A DNA stretch of 64,000 nucleotides from Acidobacteriota bacterium (GTDB taxonomy: Bacteria; Acidobacteriota; Vicinamibacteria; Vicinamibacterales; SCN-69-37). Under the pieces are notes generated by a model. It searched no databases and was not told the origin of the DNA. It saw only the letters and a program-made list of their open reading frames with translations. The stretch covers positions 326,249 through 390,248 of the forward strand of contig JADJUS010000004.1 in NCBI GenBank assembly GCA_016716905.1, in the 5' to 3' direction. This document shows, piece after piece, positions 56,499 through 64,000 of this stretch (position 1 is the first letter of the stretch; every line of letters starts with the position of its first letter). Both the position numbers and the translations under genes were made by a program.

Positions 56499-56999
56499 AT
56501 GTCCCGCCGACTTCTGCTCGTGCGCGCGGCCCTGTGTGTGGCGCTGGCCGCTGCCTCCAGTTGCGGCGAAATTGATCTGAAAACGGCCGTTCAGATCGCC
56601 GACGTGTCGTCGGGCTACTATGACGCTGGCATCACGCCTGAAGGGCTCAACAAACTCGTTCCGAGCCTGACGTTCACGGTGCGCAACGGCGCGGATGCGC
56701 CGCTGTCGTCCATCGACATGGTGGTGCTGTTCTGGCAAACCGGCAAAGACGCCGAGATGGATGAACTCGTCGTCAAGGTCATTGGCGGCGAGGGGCTGGC
56801 GCCAGGCGCCAGTTCCGAACCCGTGGTGCTGCGCGCCAGCGTCGGCTACACCACTGGCGGGGCTCGGGCAGAACTCTTCGGTCACCGCGACTTTCTCGAC
56901 ATCACGGCGAAACTCTTCGTCAAGCGGGGCGGCCGCATCATGCCGGCCGGCGAATACAAGATCGATCGAAAGCTCCTGTTAAGCGCGCCCACAAAGTGA
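56499..56999 (+). CDS. Hypothetical lipoprotein
   Basis: Lipobox LAAASSC near the N-terminus. 166 aa. Confidence 0.55.
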   Translation: MSRRLLLVRAALCVALAAASSCGEIDLKTAVQIADVSSGYYDAGITPEGLNKLVPSLTFTVRNGADAPLSSIDMVVLFWQTGKDAEMDELVVKVIGGEGLAPGASSEPVVLRASVGYTTGGARAELFGHRDFLDITAKLFVKRGGRIMPAGEYKIDRKLLLSAPTK

Positions 57000-58393
57000 C
57001 GCCGCCAACCGAGGCCGTTCCGGCTCACGCCCCTCCCTCGCTCGAACGCCGCCTCGGGCCGCTCGACGCGGCGGCCATCATCCTGTCGAACGTCATCGGC
57101 GGCGGCATCTTCTACGTGCCCGTCCTCGTCGCCGCGCTCGTGCCTGTCGCCGCCGGCATGCTCGGTGTGTGGGTGCTCGGCGGGGTGCTCGCCTTTGCCG
57201 GCGCCATGGCGTACGCCGAACTGGCGGCGCTCCGTCCCCGTTCAGGCGGCGAATATGTCTACCTGCGCGAGGCCTTCGGGCCCCTCGCGGCGTTCCTCAC
57301 GGGATGGACGTCGTTTGTCGCCGGGTTCTCTGGTGCCATCGCAGCCTCCGCGTTGTTTCTGGCCGATGCGATCGGCCGCTTCGTGCCGGCGGCGGCGGAT
57401 CGCACGCCGATTCTCCAACTCCCCCTGCCGTTCGTGCCACTGGTGGTCACGAAGCAGACGCTGGTCGCGCTCGCCGCCATCGCGCTCCTGTCGTTCATCC
57501 ATATGCGCGGCCTCGGGCCAGGCCGGCTTGTCCACAATTTCCTTGCGGGGCTCAAGGTCTCGGGCATCCTGATCTTCCTGGCTCTGGGGTTGGCTCTGGG
57601 CTCGGGCTCGTGGGGCAACGTGGCTTCGAGCCACGCGGTTGCGGCGCCGGCCACGGGCTGGCTGCTCGCATTGATTCCCGTGATGTTCAGCTACTCGGGG
57701 TGGAATGCTGCGGCGTACGTCGCCGAGGAGATTCGTGACCCGGGCCGCAACGTGCCGATCGCGCTCGGGCTCGGGACTGCGGCCGTGGTCGCGATCTACG
57801 TGGCGCTGAACGTGCTCTATCTGTATGCGATGCCGCTGGCCGATCTCGCGGTGGTGGCCGATGGCCGGCTCACCGATACCGTCGCCGAGCGACTCTTCGG
57901 CTTCGTGGCCGGCAACGTCATCGCCATCTTCACCATCGTGAGCGTCGCCGCAAGCATCAGCGCGATGGTGCTCGCGGGTCCGCGCGTGTATTTCGCGATG
58001 GCGCGTGACGGCGCCTTCCTGCCGTCGGTCGCCCAGGTGCACCCGCGTTACCGCACTCCTGCGCGCGCCATCTGGGCCCAGGCCGCGTGGAGCGCTGTAC
58101 TCGTGCTCTCATCGACGCTGTCGGGATTGGTGAACTACACCGGCTTCGCCATTGTGCTGTTCTCAGGCATCGCCGTCGCGTCCCTGTTTGTGCTGCGCAT
58201 GCGCGAACCAGGAGCCGATCGCCCGTTCCGCGCCTGGGGATATCCCTTCGCGCCTGGACTGTTTGTGGCCGCCTCTGCGGCGATGATTCTGCACCGCCTC
58301 TGGACCGAACCGAGCCAGACGCTCTACGGCCTCATCATCATTGGGGCTGGCGTGCCGCTATACCTCGCCTTTGCGCGCAAAGTGGCTCGGTAG
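56996..58393 (+). CDS. APC-superfamily amino acid permease
   Basis: About 12 TM segments. IGGGIF, YAELA...P.SGGEY.Y motifs. Confidence 0.85.
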   Translation: MTPPTEAVPAHAPPSLERRLGPLDAAAIILSNVIGGGIFYVPVLVAALVPVAAGMLGVWVLGGVLAFAGAMAYAELAALRPRSGGEYVYLREAFGPLAAFLTGWTSFVAGFSGAIAASALFLADAIGRFVPAAADRTPILQLPLPFVPLVVTKQTLVALAAIALLSFIHMRGLGPGRLVHNFLAGLKVSGILIFLALGLALGSGSWGNVASSHAVAAPATGWLLALIPVMFSYSGWNAAAYVAEEIRDPGRNVPIALGLGTAAVVAIYVALNVLYLYAMPLADLAVVADGRLTDTVAERLFGFVAGNVIAIFTIVSVAASISAMVLAGPRVYFAMARDGAFLPSVAQVHPRYRTPARAIWAQAAWSAVLVLSSTLSGLVNYTGFAIVLFSGIAVASLFVLRMREPGADRPFRAWGYPFAPGLFVAASAAMILHRLWTEPSQTLYGLIIIGAGVPLYLAFARKVAR

Positions 58394-58759
58394 CGCCAGC
58401 GCTGCCAACGTCGCGAGCGCAAGCGTGCCGTCAGTTGCAGCAAATAGAAGGTACGACGAAGGCGCGTTGCCAACGACGTAGTAGCCGATGAAGACCGACG
58501 CGCCTGCAGTTTTGAGGAGCACGCCAAAGACCCACATGTACGCGCGGTGACGAACCGGGTCGCGCAGGGGGGGCAGGTAGCCCAGCCCGACGCACACAAG
58601 AAACACACCCAACAGTGTCACAAAGATGCGCGGCTCAGGGACCACCACGCCGAAGAGAGACGCGAAGCTGTCGGGCGCCGCGAGCAGCGCCAGTCCGATC
58701 ACGAGATCGTAGACCAGCGAAATGCCCGCGACGACCGACAGCGCGCGTCCGGCGTGCAC
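58358..58759 (-). CDS. Hypothetical small membrane protein (about 4 TM)
   Basis: Hydrophobic throughout. Tightly linked (2 nt) downstream of the PEGA gene. The 3' end overlaps the permease convergently. Confidence 0.5.
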   Translation of the reverse strand: MHAGRALSVVAGISLVYDLVIGLALLAAPDSFASLFGVVVPEPRIFVTLLGVFLVCVGLGYLPPLRDPVRHRAYMWVFGVLLKTAGASVFIGYYVVGNAPSSYLLFAATDGTLALATLAALALPSHFARKGEV

Positions 58760-58761
58760 GC

Positions 58762-59772
58762 CTACTTGACGGCCTTCTTCAACGCTCCTCGCACCGTGGT
58801 GGTTTTGCCTTCCACGATCGAAAGCTGCGGCACGAACGTTTCGTACCCGTCAGCCTTGATTTCCACCAGATGCGTGCCGAGCGTGAGTTTCAGATGCCCG
58901 CCCAGGCCGTCAAAATCGTCCACGACGCCGACCAGTGCGCCGTCCACGAAGACCTTCGCGTGGGCCGGAGACACCCGCAGCCGAACCGAACCCGTCGGCT
59001 CCGATGAGGACTCATCGTTGCGACCGCCACCGCCGCCGCCCGCGCCCACCGTGTACGAATCACACGGCCAGTAGCCCGAGCCGTAGCAATAGGGATCGTA
59101 AGGGCTGTACCAGGAGCCGTATCGCCACAGCGAATACCGGGAACTGCCGTAGCGCCACGGGTCATACGAGACGTATCCGAAGCCGCCGTTATACCAGGGG
59201 TACCATCGGCCCCACGGGCTGAACGGGTTGTAGCCGGAGTAGTAGTTGTAGTCAACGGCACCGCCGCCGTATTGCCGCGCAGGCCGGTCTGCTGCCGTGC
59301 CGACCGCTTCCCGCGACCCGCGCGACCGCGAACCTGACGATCGACTGGATGCCGATCCGGTGGCCCCGCCGCGGCTCACAGACGAGCTTGTGGACCCTGA
59401 CGATCCTGACGACACCGAAGATCCCCGAGACGACGCCGAACCCGAGCTGCCGCCAGACGACGAGCTCGATCCGCCTCCGCTCCGTGACGACGCCGACCCG
59501 GACGATGTCCCGGATGAAGTGGGTGTGCGCGACCCGGCCTGAGACTGCTCACGCGGCGGCTCCACCTCACGGGCCGGCATCGAAACTTCGCGCATTGGCA
59601 ACGCGGGTGGAGCCTCAGATCCAGTCGAACCCGAGGATCCCGACGAGCCCGATCCAGGGGCCGGACGGGGGATGGCCTGGGCCAGGGCCGCGGCCGGCGC
59701 GGCCAGTGCCAATGCCAGGGCGGTGGCGACCAACAAGCGGGGATTTCTATCCATGTCCATGCACTCCTTCAA
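58762..59772 (-). CDS. Secreted PEGA-domain protein with Ser/Gly-rich and Trp/Tyr-rich low-complexity regions
   Basis: Signal LLVATALALALAAPAAALA. C-terminal PEGA-like VRLRVSPAHAKVFVDGALVG...HLVEIKADGYETF. Confidence 0.75.
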   Translation of the reverse strand: MKECMDMDRNPRLLVATALALALAAPAAALAQAIPRPAPGSGSSGSSGSTGSEAPPALPMREVSMPAREVEPPREQSQAGSRTPTSSGTSSGSASSRSGGGSSSSSGGSSGSASSRGSSVSSGSSGSTSSSVSRGGATGSASSRSSGSRSRGSREAVGTAADRPARQYGGGAVDYNYYSGYNPFSPWGRWYPWYNGGFGYVSYDPWRYGSSRYSLWRYGSWYSPYDPYCYGSGYWPCDSYTVGAGGGGGGRNDESSSEPTGSVRLRVSPAHAKVFVDGALVGVVDDFDGLGGHLKLTLGTHLVEIKADGYETFVPQLSIVEGKTTTVRGALKKAVK

Positions 59773-59947
59773 CCGAGATGACTCGACAGCGCGGCTTCAG
59801 TCTGTGACTCTGCAACAATACTGCCATCAAACCCCGCCCAAATACTGTGACAAAGTGGGTGGTGAATGGGACGAGTGTCCTCATCACTGGCCGGCCTTGC
59901 CCTCTACGGCGGACGGCCTTACGATGCCAGTTCCGGCCTGTTTTCTT

Positions 59948-60481
59948 ATGCCTGAAACCCACGCAACGACAGTGCTCGCCGTCCGACACCACGGAAAGGT
60001 CGTGATGGCGTCCGACGGCCAGGTCACACTGGGCCAAACCGTCGTCAAACACCGCGCCCGGAAGGTCCGCCGGCTGTACGAAAACCGGGTACTGGCCGGG
60101 TTCGCCGGCACGGCGTCCGATGGGTTCGCGTTGTTCTCGCGTTTTGAGAGCAAGCTCGAGGCCCACCGGGGCAATCTGGAGCGCGCGTCGGTCGAACTGG
60201 CCCGCGAATGGCGTACGGATCGCGCCATGCGACGCCTCGAAGCGATGCTGCTCGTGGCCGACCCCGGCGCGATGTATCTGCTGTCAGGCACCGGTGACCT
60301 CATCGAACCCGACGACGGCATCATGGGTATTGGGTCGGGCGGCGCGTTTGCCATGGCCGCCGCGCGCGCGCTCGTGGCGCATACGCCGCTTCCGCCGCGG
60401 GCCATTGTGGAACACGCCATGGCGATAGCCGCTGACCTCTGCATCTACACCAATACGTCGTTGACGCTGGAAGAACTCTGA
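59948..60481 (+). CDS. hslV: ATP-dependent protease subunit HslV (ClpQ/CodW-like)
   Basis: [33 protein letters not shown]. Start at internal Met 59948. Confidence 0.92.
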   Translation: MPETHATTVLAVRHHGKVVMASDGQVTLGQTVVKHRARKVRRLYENRVLAGFAGTASDGFALFSRFESKLEAHRGNLERASVELAREWRTDRAMRRLEAMLLVADPGAMYLLSGTGDLIEPDDGIMGIGSGGAFAMAAARALVAHTPLPPRAIVEHAMAIAADLCIYTNTSLTLEEL

Positions 60482-60482
60482 A

Positions 60483-61877
60483 ATGCCCACTGTCGCATTA
60501 CCTGCACCCGTACTGGCCGGCGGTGCAATGACACCGCGCGAAATCGTCGCCGAGCTCGACAAGTACGTTGTCGGGCAGGCCAAGGCGAAACGCGCGGTGG
60601 CGATCGCCCTTCGCAACCGCCACCGGCGGCAGCGCCTTCCGGCCGAGATGGCCGAGGACGTCGCGCCGAAGAACATCCTGATGATTGGGCCCACCGGCGT
60701 CGGCAAGACCGAGATCGCACGGCGACTGGCCAAGCTCGCGCATTCGCCGTTCCTGAAGATCGAAGCCTCCAAGTTTACCGAGGTGGGGTACGTCGGCCGT
60801 GACGTGGAGTCGATGGTGCGGGACCTGGTGGAAATCGGCGTGAAGCTGGTGCGCGAAGAACGCGAGGCGGAAGTGCGGAGCCGTGCGACGCAGGCGGCCG
60901 AAGAGCGCGTGCTCGACCTGCTTCTGCCGCCGTCCCCGTCGGGCCCCGGATTTGGTGCAGGGTCGCACGAGGAACAACTGGCGCGCGACCAGGTGGTGTC
61001 CACGCGCGAGAAGCTGCGCGAGCAACTGCGCGCCGGCAAACTCGACGGCAAGATGGTCGAGGTTGATGTCGCGCAACGGGCGGCGATGCCGTCGTTTGAG
61101 GTCGTTTCGGGATCATCCGTCGAGGAGATCGGCGTCAACCTGCGCGACATGATGCCGGGGTTGTTTCAGGGCAAGACCCGGCGCCGGCTCCTGCCTGTGT
61201 CTGAGGCGCGTGAGCATCTGGTGCAGGAAGAGACGCAGAAACTGATCGACATGGATGGTGTGGCCCGCGCGGCCATCGAACGCGTCGAGAATTCGGGCAT
61301 CATTTTTCTCGACGAGATCGACAAGATCGCCGGAAAGGACGGCGGTCATGGCCCGGATATCAGCCGCGAGGGCGTGCAACGCGATATCCTGCCCATTGTC
61401 GAAGGCACCACGGTCAGTACGAAACACGGCATGGTCAAGACCGATCACATCCTGTTCATTGCCGCCGGCGCGTTTCACGTGTCGAAGCCGTCGGACCTGA
61501 TTCCCGAACTGCAGGGCCGGTTCCCCATTCGCGTGGAACTCGAGGCGCTGGGCCGCGACGAGTTCATCCGCATCCTGACCGAGCCGCGCAACGCCCTGAT
61601 CAAGCAGTACATGGCGCTGATGCTGACCGAGGGGCTGCGGCTGGAGTTCACACCCGAGGCCATTGCGCGCGTCGCCGAACTGGCCACCCTCGTGAACGAC
61701 CGCACAGAAAATATCGGCGCACGCCGCCTGCACACGGTACTTGAGCGCTTGCTCGACGACGTGTCATTTCATGCACCCGAACTGGACGGCCAATCGATTA
61801 CGATCGACCCGGCCTATGTGGATCGCATGCTTGCCGATATAGCGAAGAGCGACGACCTGTCGCGGTACATCCTGTGA
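60483..61877 (+). CDS. hslU: ATP-dependent protease ATPase subunit HslU
   Basis: [53 protein letters not shown]. Confidence 0.96.
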   Translation: MPTVALPAPVLAGGAMTPREIVAELDKYVVGQAKAKRAVAIALRNRHRRQRLPAEMAEDVAPKNILMIGPTGVGKTEIARRLAKLAHSPFLKIEASKFTEVGYVGRDVESMVRDLVEIGVKLVREEREAEVRSRATQAAEERVLDLLLPPSPSGPGFGAGSHEEQLARDQVVSTREKLREQLRAGKLDGKMVEVDVAQRAAMPSFEVVSGSSVEEIGVNLRDMMPGLFQGKTRRRLLPVSEAREHLVQEETQKLIDMDGVARAAIERVENSGIIFLDEIDKIAGKDGGHGPDISREGVQRDILPIVEGTTVSTKHGMVKTDHILFIAAGAFHVSKPSDLIPELQGRFPIRVELEALGRDEFIRILTEPRNALIKQYMALMLTEGLRLEFTPEAIARVAELATLVNDRTENIGARRLHTVLERLLDDVSFHAPELDGQSITIDPAYVDRMLADIAKSDDLSRYIL

Positions 61878-63100
61878 CCGTTCGCGCGTGCATCATCGCG
61901 GGACTGGGCCTCGTCGCGATCATTGCGGCCGGGTGCGGGTCGAAAGGACCGCCGCTGGCGCCGTTGCGTCCCGTGCCCGAAGCCCCGGGCGGCCTGGCGG
62001 TGCGTCGCGTGGGTGATCGGATCACCCTGAACCTGAAGGTGCCGGGCGCCAGCGCCGATCCCAACGCAGAGGTGGTGATCGCCGCGGTGGAAATTTACGC
62101 CCGCACGCTGCCCCTGGGTTCAGAGACGCCAACAGTGGCCCAGCTCCTGCGTAAGGAAAACCTCGTCGGGAGGATTGAGGTCCGCCCGGATCCCGTGACG
62201 CCAGAGCCCGGGGCTGACGCCACCACGACGCCCGTGCCTGCGGCCGCGCCCGCGGGGCCGCCCGACGCGCGTCCCGCCCGCGGCGAAACCACCGTGTGGA
62301 CCGAGACGATTCCGACCACCGCACCGCGCCCGTTGGAGTTGAACCGCCAGCAGCAGACAACCGCCGGGCGTCGACGGCCCGTGTGGGTTCCTCTGCGACC
62401 AACTGGGCTGACGGTGCCGATCAGCCGCGAGACCGTGCCAGGCGTTCTACCGACCAGGTATTACGTCGCTGTTGGCGTGTCCGATCGAGGCCGGCCGGGC
62501 CCGGCGTCAGTGGTTGTGGCCCTGCCCTTTGGTCCCGCGCCTGCGACTCCGGTCCTGAGCACGCCCACGTACGACGAAACAGAACTGACCGTGACGTGGA
62601 CGACCGCTCTGCCCGGCACCCCCGTAACCATTGTCGAAGCGACCAGTGCGGGCGTGGAGCAACCGGTGCCGGTGCAGGTTGCGCCATTGACGCGCGGCTC
62701 CTGGTCCACACCGTTTGAGTTCGGCAAGGAGCGCTGTTTCGTGGCGCGCGGTGTCGTGCGCCGCGGAGTCTCATCCACGGAAAGTGAAACCGCCGGGCCC
62801 GTCTGCGTCACCCCGGTGGACAAATTCCCGCCGGCCGCACCTGCCGGTCTGGTGCCGGTCTCTGATCCGGGCGGCGTGACGCTGCTGTGGGATCCAGTCT
62901 CAGCTGCTGACCTGGCCGGGTACCTGGTGTTGCGCGCCGAGGGCGCCAGTGAGACCTTTCTGGAACTGACGCCGAAACCCATTACGTCGGTGCAGTACGT
63001 GGATACCACCGTGCGCGCCGGTGTGCGTTACGTGTACGTTGTGGTGGCGGTGGACGCGTCCGGGAACCGAAGCCCACGGTCCAATGCCGTCAATCGCTGA
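61874..63100 (+). CDS. Hypothetical lipoprotein with C-terminal fibronectin type III domain
   Basis: Lipobox IIAAGCG. Pro/Ala/Thr-rich linker. FN3-like P.AP.GL....[10 protein letters not shown]...DLAGY.V.R. Confidence 0.6.
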   Translation: MTVRACIIAGLGLVAIIAAGCGSKGPPLAPLRPVPEAPGGLAVRRVGDRITLNLKVPGASADPNAEVVIAAVEIYARTLPLGSETPTVAQLLRKENLVGRIEVRPDPVTPEPGADATTTPVPAAAPAGPPDARPARGETTVWTETIPTTAPRPLELNRQQQTTAGRRRPVWVPLRPTGLTVPISRETVPGVLPTRYYVAVGVSDRGRPGPASVVVALPFGPAPATPVLSTPTYDETELTVTWTTALPGTPVTIVEATSAGVEQPVPVQVAPLTRGSWSTPFEFGKERCFVARGVVRRGVSSTESETAGPVCVTPVDKFPPAAPAGLVPVSDPGGVTLLWDPVSAADLAGYLVLRAEGASETFLELTPKPITSVQYVDTTVRAGVRYVYVVVAVDASGNRSPRSNAVNR

Positions 63101-63124
63101 TCCACTCAGACCCAAGGGAGAGAG

Positions 63125-63883
63125 ATGATTCGACTGTATCGCATCGAGCATGAGGGCGGTCCGAGGTACGCGGCCGAAAGTGAAGGCACTTGGCGGCTGG
63201 TTGAGGGCGACATCTTCGGCGTGTGGAATGAAGGCCCCGAAATTTCGTCAGAGGGTGTGCGTCTCCTCGCGCCTGTCCAGCCCTCGAAGATTGTCTGCGT
63301 GGGCCTGAACTATCGGGATCACGCGGCCGAGCAGAACAAGGCCTTGCCGGCCGAGCCGCTGCTGTTCATCAAGCCCTCAACGTCCGTGGTGGGGCCCGAT
63401 GCTGTGATTGAGGCGCCGGCGTGGGCGGGGCGAATCGATCACGAGGCTGAACTGGGCATCGTGATCGGCAAACGTGCCCATCGCGTGCCCCTGCACCAGA
63501 CGCAGGACTACGTGCTCGGCCTCATCGCGGTGAATGACGTCACCGCCAGGGACCTGCAGAACAAAGATGGCCAGTACACCCGCTGCAAGGGGTTCGATAC
63601 CTTCGCGCCCATCGGGCCGTGTGTCGCGATGGGGCTCGACGGCCGCGACCTGAGCGTGCGTGCCTACGTCAACGGCCAACTGCGGCAGGATTCGCGCACG
63701 CGTGAGCTGATCTTTACCATCCCGGAGCTCATCACGTTCATCACGTCGGTGATGACCCTGCTGCCCGGCGATATCATTTCGACCGGCACACCATCGGGAA
63801 TCGGTCCGATTGTGCCTGGCGATTCAGTCACCGTGCATGTCGAAGGCGTGGGCGCGCTGACCAACAAGGTGGTGGCGCAGTGA
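63125..63883 (+). CDS. Fumarylacetoacetate hydrolase (FAH) family protein
   Basis: [43 protein letters not shown] motifs. Confidence 0.9.
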   Translation: MIRLYRIEHEGGPRYAAESEGTWRLVEGDIFGVWNEGPEISSEGVRLLAPVQPSKIVCVGLNYRDHAAEQNKALPAEPLLFIKPSTSVVGPDAVIEAPAWAGRIDHEAELGIVIGKRAHRVPLHQTQDYVLGLIAVNDVTARDLQNKDGQYTRCKGFDTFAPIGPCVAMGLDGRDLSVRAYVNGQLRQDSRTRELIFTIPELITFITSVMTLLPGDIISTGTPSGIGPIVPGDSVTVHVEGVGALTNKVVAQ

Positions 63884-64000
63884 AGATTTTTCTCGATACT
63901 GGCAACCTGAAGGAGATCGAAGCCCTGGTGCCCCTGGGCATTGTGGACGGTGTCACGACCAACCCGTCATTGATGGCGAAAGAAGGCGGCGACCCGCGCG
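63880..64000 (+). CDS. tal: Transaldolase / fructose-6-phosphate aldolase family (type 3B), 3' end cut by window edge
   Basis: GTG overlaps the upstream stop. [30 protein letters not shown]. Confidence 0.85.
   Translation, partial: MKIFLDTGNLKEIEALVPLGIVDGVTTNPSLMAKEGGDPR

Overview
High-GC, densely coding chromosomal segment from a diderm bacterium (LpxC, an outer-membrane beta-barrel, sigma-54 machinery). Gene content loosely suggests Acidobacteriota, with low confidence. I call about 60 protein genes and found no rRNA, tRNA, CRISPR array, transposase or prophage. The backbone is housekeeping: ispG, uvrA, lpxC, lysA, tmk, comF, rsfS-nadD-obg-rpmA-rplU, dprA-topA-trmFO-xerC and hslVU. There are also many peptidases (M2, S9, M19, S8, M48, C40) and peptide or amino-acid transporters. 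The stand-out is the minus-strand locus at 9.4-16.6 kb. It starts with a secreted S8 subtilase whose C-terminus is 15 perfect TLVWDN hexapeptide units encoded by different synonymous codons. The subtilase stop codon overlaps the ATG of the first of eight tandem 9-codon mini-genes (consensus MIRTIIVWG, 69-70 bp period). These show synonymous-only and stop-for-stop substitutions and a conserved AGGA box. Downstream lie a multi-TM HD-GYP-GAF c-di-GMP phosphodiesterase and a sigma-54 activator with a TPR-like sensor. A well-spaced sigma-54 promoter candidate with an upstream palindrome sits in front of the subtilase. A divergent Opp/Dpp-like peptide importer (no ATPase genes) flanks the locus. I propose this as an undescribed protease / mini-peptide / c-di-GMP / sigma-54 module. 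Other oddities: two in-frame 23-bp perfect palindromes inside trmFO (reminiscent of Rickettsia palindromic elements), an ECF sigma-STAS-small protein operon with no anti-sigma gene, three-part alternative-hairpin motifs in two intergenic regions, a HOGA1-like/AGXT-like pair behind the peptide importer, and several low-complexity insertions. Coordinates are anchored on the supplied ORF track. Coordinates of intergenic motifs may be off by 1-2 nt. No database search or numeric computation was possible.
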